Assembly: GCA_965116875.1 (NCBI GenBank)
Contig: OZ220733.1
Location: 5,376,001-5,440,000, forward strand
Reading direction: 5' to 3'
Source of the DNA: Candidatus Latescibacterota bacterium
Lineage (GTDB): Bacteria > Latescibacterota > UBA2968 > GCA-2709665
DNA length: 64,000 bases
The stretch's first letter is position 1. Each line of letters begins with the position of its first letter. This document shows, one piece after another, positions 39,217 through 48,832 of this stretch. The position numbers and the translations under genes were made by a program. The notes under the pieces were generated by a model, which saw nothing but the letters and a program-made list of their open reading frames with translations, ran no database searches and had not been told where the DNA came from.

Positions 39217-39672
39217 TCACGTAACGTCTCCCAGATATACCGTCGATGATCCGGGTCCAGCTTCAAGATGACGAATCAATGCTTTGGGGTAGAACCTCAA
39301 CTCTTTGAGTTCACGAACGCGCATCCATTTCACCCCAACCTGCATCGTATCCCCATCCGGCGCCTGGGACGGATCATATTCTTCGGCAACCGAACATCGG
39401 AAGATGAAATCGACGAGATGGCCTCCCTTTGACCAGGAATCAGGATAATTATCTGTAATGTATTCGCGAACGTACTCCAAATCTTCAACTTCGACGTCCG
39501 CCCCGATTTCTTCCCTGCACTCCCGCTTGAGCGCATCCAGGAGTGTCTCCTTTCACGGTTCCATACCCCCTCCCGGCAGAATGTACCACAGACCCTTGTC
39601 ATCCGTATTCTCTGTAACGAGAATTTTGTCTTCTTTCCGGATCAGAGCCTTTGCCGCATTGCGCAAGCCCAT
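39217..39672 (-). pseudogene. NUDIX hydrolase with an in-frame TGA
   Basis: MGLRNAAKALI...LPGGGMEP*KETLLDALKRECREEIG; TGA at 39553-39555, frame otherwise intact (151 codons). Confidence 0.85.
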
Positions 39673-39817
39673 ATCAATGTTATCTCCCGGAAACAGATTC
39701 ATATAATCGTTCGGTTTTGAAGAGAGCAGATTCCTTACGACACGTTCGTGTTATCGTCGTTACGCCTTTCGAACTCGCCAAACGAGTCGCGGATGGCCAG
39801 GGCGGCTTAGCCGCCAG

Positions 39818-41332
39818 TCAGCCTTGATTGTCATTTACGAGATTGTCCCTAGAATCCGAATTGTGCCTTCCAACAGAAACTCCCCGTGTTCGTCCTTCCT
39901 TTCTTGCCGCCAGGTATTCGGCGATTTCCATATGTCCCGCGTGCCGTGCCCAGTCTTCCGGCGTGGCATTGTGTCGATGATCTCTGATGGTCACGTCGAT
40001 CCCTTTGCGAACGAGATACGCCACCTGTTCCACGCGGCCGGCGAAGGCGCATTCGTGCAGGATGCTGGCCGGCTCGTGGGTACTCCATCTCGTGTTGATA
40101 TTCGCGCCGTGATCCAAGAGATAGTCCGCGATCTCGTAATTCCCGTTCTGCACCGCCCATGCCAACGCCCTGTCGACGATCTCCTGAACGCTGGTCAATG
40201 GTGATTCCCCGGGTGGGCAGACATATATTGATGGATCGCCCAACCGCGGGAAGCCGTTGGCAAACCTCTTTTCGACCACTTCCATGTCGCCCAGACCGGC
40301 AGCGTGGGGCAAATCGTCAGGCACGGGCCAGATCTGCGAAAGGGCCGGAACATAGTCGGCATTCCCGTATTCGAGAGCATAGAGGATGGCACGAGACGCC
40401 GGCGGATCATCCACCGTGGTGATGGCCGCGCCGCTGTTGATCACGGCTTCGATCACCGGCAGTTTTCCCTGGGAGCAGGCCGCGACAGCAAGCAGCATTT
40501 CCTGGGTCTCGAGATAGCGGGGGCCCTTGAGAAAGGGTTCGGTTGCGAGCAGATCTCGGATGGAGTCCGCGTCTCCCTCGTCCAAAGCAGCCAGCAGGCG
40601 CAATTCCACGGCTCGACGCCAGATCAGGCCGGGTTCGTCGTCCGCCTCCCGATACATGCACGCCTTTCTTCCCCCCTCCGGCCGTTTCTCCAGCAGGTAA
40701 TCGACAAAGCCAGCATTTCCATGCGATGCCTCTACCCTCGCACGGAGATCATCGTCGAGCTGAAGACAACGATCCATCAGGAAATGGGCGACGTTGCGAT
40801 GACCCAGCCGGCAGGCATAGAGAAACGCATCTGTAACGACCAGCCGGTCATCCGCGGGATCGGGCCAATCGGTCTCAGCGCCGTTGTACCCGGTACGCAG
40901 TACCGGTTCCGGGCGTCCGATGTCTTTCAGGCCACCTGCAGGGTCGAAACATCCCCGCACAGGATCGAGATCGCCCCTCGCGGTCAACGTACGCAGATTT
41001 TCCGGTAGTACGCCCTTTTCGTCAAACAGCGCCAGCATGCCGTGAGCGCCGGTGTCGATTGCCCTCAAGTAGACCCGGGGATCCATAGCCGCGCCAGCGT
41101 CGAGCAGCAGGCGGGCACATTCGGGCCGGTTGTAGACGCCTTCGTTCTCGGCGCCGGGAAAGTTAGCATAGGAGATGGTGGCGTAGAGCAGGACGGGACA
41201 CTCGCCATCCGGATAGCACCGCGTAAGCAGACCCGGATGCTCCGAAACGAGGCTGTCCAGGCGAGCGGTATCGTTGTCGTGGATGGCCTTCTCGGCTGCT
41301 TCTACCGCCCACTTCAACTCTGGGTCTGACAT
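39818..41332 (-). CDS. Ankyrin repeat protein
   Basis: ALAWAVQNGNYEIADYLLDHGANIN, LHECAFAGRVEQVAYLV. Confidence 0.85.
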   Translation of the reverse strand: MSDPELKWAVEAAEKAIHDNDTARLDSLVSEHPGLLTRCYPDGECPVLLYATISYANFPGAENEGVYNRPECARLLLDAGAAMDPRVYLRAIDTGAHGMLALFDEKGVLPENLRTLTARGDLDPVRGCFDPAGGLKDIGRPEPVLRTGYNGAETDWPDPADDRLVVTDAFLYACRLGHRNVAHFLMDRCLQLDDDLRARVEASHGNAGFVDYLLEKRPEGGRKACMYREADDEPGLIWRRAVELRLLAALDEGDADSIRDLLATEPFLKGPRYLETQEMLLAVAACSQGKLPVIEAVINSGAAITTVDDPPASRAILYALEYGNADYVPALSQIWPVPDDLPHAAGLGDMEVVEKRFANGFPRLGDPSIYVCPPGESPLTSVQEIVDRALAWAVQNGNYEIADYLLDHGANINTRWSTHEPASILHECAFAGRVEQVAYLVRKGIDVTIRDHRHNATPEDWARHAGHMEIAEYLAARKEGRTRGVSVGRHNSDSRDNLVNDNQG

Positions 41333-41346
41333 CGGACTTCAGCCTC

Positions 41347-42297
41347 CTACATGAGATAGCGTAGCGCATCCTTCGCCCGCTGCAGCCTGGTCGTATCATC
41401 AACCAGACAAGTCAACCTGTAGAAACCATAGAGCGTTTTAATCCGGTGAGTCAGCCTTGCGCGATCCCTCCTCAGGGCGTCGGATTCCCAATAGACGGGG
41501 GTGCAGGGATCTTCTTCAGCCGGCGCTTCAGTCCCCAGTTCGTCCTCGACATTCGGCAGGGATCTCCACAGGCGAACATGACGATGGTGGGCCTCAAGTC
41601 CTTTCTGTGCCAGGTCGACGTGGCCACACTCAGACAGATCGATCAGCGACGCGGCATGGTTGATAACGTGCCACAATCCCCCGAATCCCTGTCTCCGTTC
41701 CGCAGCTGTCTCAATGAACTCGTCCAACACGGCTTCGATCATGTCCTCCAGATTGGAATACGGTGGAAAATCCGGATCTTCCGGCAACACGATCGTGTCT
41801 CCGTCGATTCGACCTTTTTCCCTCCCGTAGTAGCCGCTGCCAGCTGATGCGTGGTCAAATTCCCCGATCAATCTGCATATGCCATCGATGACAGACGCTG
41901 TTGCGTGCCGGGGGTACTTCTGGAGCGCCCGAATGGACAGAGAGGCGAAAATCACGTTGTGACCCGAGGAGCGTGTTCGTCCGATGTTCCTGGATAGGAC
42001 CCGGGCAATACGGTCAATCTGGTCTACCTGAATGGCTTCGTCCGGATACGGCACAAACAGTTCCGACGTTGCAATGGGTCCACCTTCGCCCGGGTCAAAT
42101 ACCGACTCTCCATTCAGGACACGGTCCAGTTCTTTCTCTATGCCAACATGAACCTTCCTGTCCAGTTCACGGTGTTCCTCACTGAAGAGATAGCCAGCGA
42201 CAAGGGTAGCGCCCAAATGTCCCGTCATGGTACCCACAAGGTGCGCTCGGCTTAGACCCAGCAGGCCCTTTTTCAGGTATTCCTGTCCAACCGTCAT
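41347..42297 (-). CDS. Hypothetical protein (His-rich helical)
   Basis: Long ORF; GH motifs (GHLGA, GHNVIF, HVINHA); start MTVGQE with GGAG RBS. Confidence 0.7.
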   Translation of the reverse strand: MTVGQEYLKKGLLGLSRAHLVGTMTGHLGATLVAGYLFSEEHRELDRKVHVGIEKELDRVLNGESVFDPGEGGPIATSELFVPYPDEAIQVDQIDRIARVLSRNIGRTRSSGHNVIFASLSIRALQKYPRHATASVIDGICRLIGEFDHASAGSGYYGREKGRIDGDTIVLPEDPDFPPYSNLEDMIEAVLDEFIETAAERRQGFGGLWHVINHAASLIDLSECGHVDLAQKGLEAHHRHVRLWRSLPNVEDELGTEAPAEEDPCTPVYWESDALRRDRARLTHRIKTLYGFYRLTCLVDDTTRLQRAKDALRYLM

Positions 42298-42371
42298 AGT
42301 TCTTCTCCACGCCCTGACGGAGTCAGTCAGGCGACTTTCATATGCCTTTCTGTCGCACCGCAATTAAATCG

Positions 42372-42486
42372 GCGCCTGTTCCTCTCCGGATTGCGAACCC
42401 GCGAAGGTGGTTGCCGGAGGCCAGGACACCCTTCGGCGGGCTCAGGACAGGCTCCGCAGCGCTGCGCAAACGTGCTTTTGTTGGGA
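42372..42486 (-). repeat. attC-family site with an internal REP-like insertion
   Basis: CCGGATTGCGAACCCGCGAAGGTGGTTGCCGGAGGCCAGGAC...GCGCAAACGTGCTTTT-GTTGGGA; insert CCCTTCGGCGGGCTCAGGACAGG. Confidence 0.75.
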
Positions 42487-42495
42487 GTAGCTCGG

Positions 42496-43263
42496 TTAAG
42501 CATGCGCCGTCACGACCGGCTGAAAATATCCGGACTGTTCAGGCGTATGCCAGGCGATTCTCGTGAATCCGGCGGACTCCAGGGCCAGAGTGAGCTCCTT
42601 GCGCCGAATTGCCCGGTAGCGAGTCTTAAACTCCCGTACTTGCCATCCGTCCTGTGTCCGGGACATGATGAAAAGCCGAATCAAACAGGTACCTGATTCC
42701 TTCGACCAATCCCAGACCTGAAACGTCATGACTTCGCGCTCCGATGCACCCTGAAGGTTGGCGCCCATAAACGACGGTTTTTCCGCGAGCAACCGATCGT
42801 AATCGCGAATGCTCGCAATAAACAGCCCATTATCCGCCAGTGTGCGCCTGATGCTTCGGAGAGCGAGGGTCAAGTCTTCATCCGTCAAGAGATGAGGCAG
42901 TGAGTTGTCACAGCTTATCACAACGTCGAATTTTCGGGTGAAGGCACATTCCACCTCTCGAACATCGGCAATGGCGAATTCAATCTTCAGTCCCCGGTCA
43001 ACTGCTTCCGATTTCGCCCTGGCAATCGCCTTCGGGCTGAGATCGGACGCGAAGACTTTATATCCTCGCTGCGCCAGGCCAATCGCCTGAGTGCCGATTC
43101 CACATGAACAATCCAGGACCAGCGATGCATTTGCTGACGACTCACATTGAATCAACCGATCCAGTACATACGACTGCCGTTCGATTGCCGATTCCCAATT
43201 TTCGTAGACGTGATGGTAATCAGCAGCGAGGTCATCGTAAAATCGTCTGACGTCTTCGCTCAA
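42496..43263 (-). CDS. Class I SAM-dependent methyltransferase
   Basis: VLDCSCGIG, FDVVISCDNSLPHL. Confidence 0.92.
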   Translation of the reverse strand: MSEDVRRFYDDLAADYHHVYENWESAIERQSYVLDRLIQCESSANASLVLDCSCGIGTQAIGLAQRGYKVFASDLSPKAIARAKSEAVDRGLKIEFAIADVREVECAFTRKFDVVISCDNSLPHLLTDEDLTLALRSIRRTLADNGLFIASIRDYDRLLAEKPSFMGANLQGASEREVMTFQVWDWSKESGTCLIRLFIMSRTQDGWQVREFKTRYRAIRRKELTLALESAGFTRIAWHTPEQSGYFQPVVTAHA

Positions 43264-43428
43264 CGTTTGTAACTCTCTCGAATGAATCTGTTTCCGAAAT
43301 CGTTCGCTCGGGCGGTGAACTTGCCACCTGCAAGTTCGATCGGGCTACGCAGATGCCGGACCTTTAGTGCGACGTATAGGCGGAAGTTGCTGCTGCAGGC
43401 GTATTTCGCTCGGCGATGAGGGAGCGGA

Positions 43429-44244
43429 TCAAGTCCGGGTCATAGCTGACTTATCCTGCATCTGATCTTCGATCCATTCCATCCACTCAACCAGTTGAGA
43501 CAGATATTCGTCTACCTCGCTCTCGCTCGGTTGGACGGGATGAACATAGATTTCAGAAGTTCTCCTCAGAAACCCCCGCCAATCCGGAGAGACCTCTTCC
43601 AGCAGAGGAAGAACATCGGACCCATTGAGTGTATACCCTCCTCCCCTTGCCATGAGGAGATACCCGCCGCCCAGCACGGCCAGGCGTCCGAGCTTACGAA
43701 GGCGCAATGAGGGCTCCTCAGGAAGGGAGAAGTCGGTTGTATTCTCCTCCTGCAATCCCGCTGCATATCGGACCAGCTCCCTGGGGTAGCGGAACGCTCC
43801 GACGGGATCGGGGGGTGGAATCTCCATCCCTTTGGTCAGATCCTCTCCCCAGACGAGCGTGGCGTCGTAGGAAAGACGCGTTGCGACCTGGGATACCCTG
43901 TCAACAGATCGCGGTCGCACAAGCCCATGAAGTGAGCGGAATTCCTCTCGAAGGGATGCCTCGGATTCCCGCAACCGGAACCTGTCCGCATCGGTGAAGG
44001 CGTCCAGGATAAACGAATGCAGGTCAAGATCGGAAACTCCGGGTACCGCTTCGTTCCGATGAACACTTCCCCACACATAGACTGAGACAAGACGTTCTGC
44101 GAATACCTGGCAATACACCGAGACGTGGTTCACGACGGCGTCTCTGAAGTAGCCATCCGCAATGGAGTTGAGATTGACAAACCTGTCGGAATCTGTCCCC
44201 GCCACGACACCTCCGTCACGCTCGGTTGACTCTGTCGCCGTCAC
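43429..44244 (-). CDS. Pol-beta superfamily nucleotidyltransferase
   Basis: SVYVWGSVHRNEAVPGVSDLD. Confidence 0.82.
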   Translation of the reverse strand: MTATESTERDGGVVAGTDSDRFVNLNSIADGYFRDAVVNHVSVYCQVFAERLVSVYVWGSVHRNEAVPGVSDLDLHSFILDAFTDADRFRLRESEASLREEFRSLHGLVRPRSVDRVSQVATRLSYDATLVWGEDLTKGMEIPPPDPVGAFRYPRELVRYAAGLQEENTTDFSLPEEPSLRLRKLGRLAVLGGGYLLMARGGGYTLNGSDVLPLLEEVSPDWRGFLRRTSEIYVHPVQPSESEVDEYLSQLVEWMEWIEDQMQDKSAMTRT

Positions 44245-44280
44245 ACGAAAATGATCTCCGTCGATGCCAAATGGCGCCGT

Positions 44281-45048
44281 TCAAGTTGGCCCGTTCTTTT
44301 GCGCTTCAATCAAGAATTCCCTTGCCGTGAACGCCAACTCATCGCCACTATCGAGTCGGTGTTGCAGCCCTAACAGGTGCTCCACGTTCGTCTCAACTGA
44401 AAACCCGGGTACCAGCCAGGGAACGGCCTTCAAGTAGTAGACCACGGCGCCCACATCGGCGAAAGCCAGCCGGCCAGACCATTCTTCAGCATTGAGAATG
44501 TTCAGGCCCGTCGTTCTCAATTGAACCACGTTCTTTTCGAGGGTGGATCCGGGCCATTGCGGTTCAACGTCAAACGCTGCAAGCAAGTCACAGGCCCATA
44601 ACCCGTGAACCTGCTGGGTCAGGAATGTACCGCCAAGCCTGAGAATACGGGCAACTTCATCGGGATTGAAAGCGGAATGGCGATTCAGAACGAGATTAAA
44701 CTCGCAATCGGAGAAAGGCACCGGATCGCAATCCGTTAATCGAACATCTACAACTTTCGCTCCGAATGGAACGAGACGTTCTGCTGCCAGCTCGAGGTTT
44801 GGCGCATATTCCTCCGTTGCCACAACCACTTCAGGCCAGTATTCCTGTAAGTCCAGGAACCGCTCACCCCCACCTGTTCCCAGGTCAACAACAGATGAGC
44901 ATCGACGCATGAGCTCGGCAGCCCGTGAAGAATAAGACCATGGAGCTTGCTCTTCGAACATCCTGCCATCCAGATAGGAAAAGTCCCATCCCGAGAAGAG
45001 CTGTTCCTCTTCACGTTTCCAACTATCGACAAGCTTGTCAGAACTCAT
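44281..45048 (-). CDS. Class I SAM-dependent methyltransferase
   Basis: FSGWDFSYL, VDLGTGGGE, GGTFLTQQV. Confidence 0.9.
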   Translation of the reverse strand: MSSDKLVDSWKREEEQLFSGWDFSYLDGRMFEEQAPWSYSSRAAELMRRCSSVVDLGTGGGERFLDLQEYWPEVVVATEEYAPNLELAAERLVPFGAKVVDVRLTDCDPVPFSDCEFNLVLNRHSAFNPDEVARILRLGGTFLTQQVHGLWACDLLAAFDVEPQWPGSTLEKNVVQLRTTGLNILNAEEWSGRLAFADVGAVVYYLKAVPWLVPGFSVETNVEHLLGLQHRLDSGDELAFTAREFLIEAQKNGPT

Positions 45049-45103
45049 ACTGGCCGCTATCTGTGTAAAGCACTTTCGATTGAATGGCCGGCGCCCATTT
45101 TTC

Positions 45104-45186
45104 GCGTGACGTGTTCCCGTGCCCAAACCGCGTAGCGGTTGCGTGAATGCACCCGAGTGCCGCAGCCGGGCACGGACGTGCTATGT
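45104..45186 (-). repeat. attC-family site (subtype B)
   Basis: R'' ACATAGC, arms CCGTGCCC/GGGCACGG, R' GTCACGC; similar to 50662-50742. Confidence 0.75.
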
Positions 45187-45227
45187 GACGCCGAGTCCAC
45201 TTCGAATGGTCTCGGTAACGTCGTGCG

Positions 45228-45752
45228 TCATCCGATCACGGAGGCCGTTTCGTGCGGGTTCACTGGCAGCATGAAGTACGCAGTGCAGTCACCCTCATCC
45301 TCGTTGACAGCAGGTTGAATACCAAAACCCAGGGATAAGTTAAGTGCGTGGTTTTCAACGCTGCTTTAACTGCTGCGCTCTCGTACCTGGTAGCAGTCAA
45401 GATCACGTGCCCAGGAAACCGCCGTCAGCTTTAGACACCTCCCGATGCCCCGACGCCGATATTGAGGTTTGACGAAGATGGCCACGACCTTTGCTTCCAG
45501 TACTGGCCTTTCGTTACGCTCAAGGCCGGGCTTGTCTTCATCGATCCCAATCTGTTGCGTCCAAAACCTCAGGTAACCCACCATTTGATCGCGATCAAGC
45601 GCGACAAGGGTGAATGGCCCGGAGTGGTACTCGCACGTTTTGGCGTCGAGTCCGGCTCCTTCGCCTCTCTTGTCAGCGAAGGCCAGGAATCTCTGCCATG
45701 AGGTGTGCGTGGATTCCAGCCGCTCTATCCGAACGTTTTCAGGCAGTGGCAT
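45228..45752 (-). pseudogene. GNAT acetyltransferase with an in-frame TAA
   Basis: VKPQYRRRGIG; the frame continues past TAA (45366-45368) as SSVENHALNLSLGFGIQP to TGA at 45228. Confidence 0.8.
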
Positions 45753-45849
45753 TTCAAACTCCTGTCTGTGAGGTGGGTATTGACTGGACATTCCGTATTT
45801 ACCACTGCACCGGATGCACCGACGTAGCCTCTTGGCTGGTTTCCATCTC

Positions 45850-45940
45850 ACATAACGTTTCGTCGGCTTGCGAACCCGACCAGCGGGTTGCCGAAGGCCA
45901 GGACGGCGATGGCGCCGCAGTGCAAAACGTGCTGTTATCG
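45850..45940 (-). repeat. attC site (canonical family member, 91 bp)
   Basis: Coding strand CGATAAC-AGCACGTTTTGCA...TCGCAAGCCGACGAAAC-GTTATGT. Confidence 0.85.
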
Positions 45941-45977
45941 GACGACGCATCTCGGCCGCGCGTTACTATGCGGCCCG

Positions 45978-46586
45978 CTAACTCGACAGAAGCCTCTGCC
46001 AGCGATGACCTTCGGGATACAGAACCTCCAATCCGGTCCCCAACCATCTCTTTTCCTCTGCGGACATCAGCGGCAGGCACGTCTCAAAGTCCAGATCATC
46101 TTTAGATCGAGGATTCCTGGCTTTGTACAGCAGTTGGGCCTCAATCCGAATGCAGGGGACATTCCCGTATGCAACGATCAAGTCTCCTCGTCGCCCGCCA
46201 ATCAGTCTGCTGCGCTTGCTGAACCATCTGTCGCCGTCGCTTTCAGTTAACATGATCTGAAGCTGCCATGACTGAATGTCGGTATGGCCCCATATGTCAA
46301 ATATCCCGTAAGGCAAGTACTCTGATTGCGCCCATGGTCGCAATGAGCCGGGCGGATCAGCCGCATACAGATGCCAATTTGAGAGCCAGCGCTGTACTTC
46401 AAGTTGCTGATCCCGGAACACGATGACGTCAATATCACCGTGGTCTCTAACGCGCTTTCCCACGAACTGCTCGACCGCATAGCCGCCCGCGAGTCCCCAC
46501 TGGAAAGGAGCGTTGGCGAACAATTGCGTCAACTCCCGGACGGTCAAGGGTTGCCACCGGTTGATGGGAATTTCGGGAGTGGTCAT
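45978..46586 (-). CDS. Nucleotidyltransferase, ANT(2'')/Lnu-like
   Basis: WGLAGGYAVE..G..VRDHGDIDV; QLLYKA..R.KD..DF. Confidence 0.8.
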   Translation of the reverse strand: MTTPEIPINRWQPLTVRELTQLFANAPFQWGLAGGYAVEQFVGKRVRDHGDIDVIVFRDQQLEVQRWLSNWHLYAADPPGSLRPWAQSEYLPYGIFDIWGHTDIQSWQLQIMLTESDGDRWFSKRSRLIGGRRGDLIVAYGNVPCIRIEAQLLYKARNPRSKDDLDFETCLPLMSAEEKRWLGTGLEVLYPEGHRWQRLLSS

Positions 46587-46608
46587 TCAGTTCGCATTCT
46601 GCGCTTAG

Positions 46609-46768
46609 CAGCCCGTTGAAAAAGCCCATCCGGGCTACGGCCGGCCCTTGCGGTCGAAATACTGCGTTACGCTCCCTCGCCGAATCACAGGATGGGACTC
46701 GGTCGCGCGCCTTGTCTTCGACCACAATGACTCGGCCTCGCCTGCAGAGCGACTTTATCAACGGACTG
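46609..46768. mobile_element. MITE family B (160 bp)
   Basis: TIRs CAGCCCGTTGAAAAAG / CTTTATCAACGGACTG; TTAG duplicated at 46605-46608 and 46769-46772. Confidence 0.85.
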
Positions 46769-46780
46769 TTAGACGATGTC

Positions 46781-46872
46781 CCCTGACGTTTCACGGTTCG
46801 CGAACCTGCGATGCAGATTGCCAGAGGCCAGGACTCCTGATAGACGGCGAGGCGCAAACCGACGTGTCAGAA
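46781..46872 (-). repeat. attC-family site with GAC/GTC cores
   Basis: TTCTGAC-ACGTCGGTTTGCG...TCGCGAACCGTGAAAC-GTCAGGG. Confidence 0.8.
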
Positions 46873-46888
46873 GACGTGCGTAACATAT

Positions 46889-47659
46889 TTATGCGACAAG
46901 CAAATCGTAATTCTCTTGCAGCCACGTGTTTTCTTCTTCCAGTTCCGCAAGATCCCCGCGTTGGTAGAAGATGGACCATGGGAGGAGTCCTTGCCTGCCC
47001 AGAGTCTCCGTCCTGCGGTATTCTTCCAATTGCAGGTCGCTCAAGGTGTCCAGGATTGCGTTGGAGTCCGTGCCATAGGTGTCGGAAATTACTGCCAACC
47101 TGGACCTGAGATCGGGCTTCTCGGAAAATCCGGCTCTTCTCCAGTGGTTTTCGCCACGGAGAGGTACCGCGAACCAGGCAAACTGACTGACATCGTAGAG
47201 AGGATCGCCCGGCTCAGCAAAGTCCCAGTCGATGACCCCATTCAGGGTTCGCCCTTCCCAGACAGTATTCCAGGGTCCGAGATCCCCGTGTCGGATGATC
47301 ATTCCCGGTCGCCAGGTCGCATTCGGGACAACCCATTCAGCATCCCCGGGCAGCTCGAAATCCCTCACGGCATTGTGATATCGGGACAGGAATCGCGCGA
47401 CCTCGGCAAGGCCCTCTTCCTGAAGCATCACCTCAGGCCATGGTCGCCGGGCGACTTCTCCAGGGATAAACGAAAGTACCTCGCGTCCGAGTTCGTCGAA
47501 TCCGAGGACTCGAGGAACTCCTGAAAAGCCAACCGCCTCCAGGTGGCGCAGCAAGGAATGCACGGCTGGCGTCCACCTGTGGACAGGTCTGCGCACGGTG
47601 TCACCAATCCGTACTACGGGATTGACACTACCCCGGGCGGATTCACCCTCTTGCAGCAT
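46889..47659 (-). CDS. APH-family phosphotransferase
   Basis: VVRIGDTVRRP, HGDLGPWN, IDWDFA. Confidence 0.88.
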   Translation of the reverse strand: MLQEGESARGSVNPVVRIGDTVRRPVHRWTPAVHSLLRHLEAVGFSGVPRVLGFDELGREVLSFIPGEVARRPWPEVMLQEEGLAEVARFLSRYHNAVRDFELPGDAEWVVPNATWRPGMIIRHGDLGPWNTVWEGRTLNGVIDWDFAEPGDPLYDVSQFAWFAVPLRGENHWRRAGFSEKPDLRSRLAVISDTYGTDSNAILDTLSDLQLEEYRRTETLGRQGLLPWSIFYQRGDLAELEEENTWLQENYDLLVA

Positions 47660-47713
47660 CGTCAGATTCTCCCCAGCCTGATTCGTGATTGCCCTCTTGT
47701 CTAGCCGCAGGTT

Positions 47714-47805
47714 TTATCACATTGTGCCGGTTTGCGATCCGCGAAGGTGGCTGCCGACGGCCCGAACGGCGATGGCGCCGCAGCGCAAACATGCTTTTGT
47801 CGGCT
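47714..47805 (-). repeat. attC-family site
   Basis: CCGGTTTGCGATCCGCGAAGGTGGCTGCCGACGG..CGGCGATGGCGCCGCAGCGCAAAC; cores mutated (GAC / GTG). Confidence 0.8.
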
Positions 47806-47819
47806 GTCGCCGGGGACAT

Positions 47820-48692
47820 TCATCTAACCATCACGTCCGGTTCCGGAAGTCCAAGTTCCTGCACCGTCCAATGAAGACCTGCATTCAGGTGCGCCTTCTG
47901 TAGTCTGCGAACCAACGGCGTATGGGGCAGATCGGGCAATCCTGCACGCGAGGCGAAATACCCCGTAACGTACGACGCCAGGTGACCGGCGTCCGCAAGA
48001 ATATCCTGTGGAGGCGGCCCGCCCTCGTGGCGAAGACCGGGCAGCCAGAACGCGACGTCGAGGTCGGGATTGCCAGAGCAGGCGTTGTTCCAATCGATCA
48101 ATACGGCACGGTCGGCGCGAAAGCAGATGTTATCGCTTCTCACGTCAAGATGGACAAGCGACTTGCCTTCGGTTTCTACGCGATCGTGTGCTTCCAGGAG
48201 GGTGGGCAGACACGCTGTCAACCACGATTCGCTTGCGACGCGTATCGACAGGAAGGCCTCCGGGTGCGCCGCGACTTCGTGCCAACCTCTGTGAGTGAAG
48301 ATCTCGTGATATTCGGGCACACTTGCCTGGCTCTCGTGTATGATTGACAAGCTGTCAAGAACCATATCGACACGGGAAGCGGTCCAGGGCGGAGGCCACG
48401 GGTTCCCGCTCAGGTCCTCCAATACCAATAACGGAGGTTCCTCCTGATCCCACGCCAAAACGGCCGCCATGAAGTCTCCGGAAAGTTGGCGATAGACCGA
48501 AATCTCGGAATTCAGCCACTCGCTGGTGAGCCGGTCCGTCGCACACTTCGCAAATGCCGTGTCTCCGTCACGGAATCTTACGATTCTTCGGCAGGCGTCT
48601 GTGTAACCTCCCTGAACCGGTAGCAGCCGGTCCACTGCTCGGCCGGTCAGGTCCGCAATTCGCGATTCCAGTCCGTCGCTGCTGGAATTCAT
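47820..48692 (-). CDS. APH-family phosphotransferase
   Basis: GGYT, AFAK, LVHLDVRSDN, IDWN. Confidence 0.85.
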   Translation of the reverse strand: MNSSSDGLESRIADLTGRAVDRLLPVQGGYTDACRRIVRFRDGDTAFAKCATDRLTSEWLNSEISVYRQLSGDFMAAVLAWDQEEPPLLVLEDLSGNPWPPPWTASRVDMVLDSLSIIHESQASVPEYHEIFTHRGWHEVAAHPEAFLSIRVASESWLTACLPTLLEAHDRVETEGKSLVHLDVRSDNICFRADRAVLIDWNNACSGNPDLDVAFWLPGLRHEGGPPPQDILADAGHLASYVTGYFASRAGLPDLPHTPLVRRLQKAHLNAGLHWTVQELGLPEPDVMVR

Positions 48693-48713
48693 GACCTGCC
48701 TCAATTCGATTGT

Positions 48714-48749
48714 CGACAACGTTACGCTTGGCAAGTGCTGCTGTTACAC
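48714..48749 (-). repeat. Collapsed attC-like site (cores only)
   Basis: GTGTAAC-AGCAGCAC...GTAAC-GTTGTCG; only 36 bp. Confidence 0.45.
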
Positions 48750-48832
48750 GCTGCCGGGACGATCGTGATTCTTTCCAGGGCGACCGAAGGCCGAATACCA
48801 GCTACATCCTCAGATCGAATGAGGTTCGCGTT

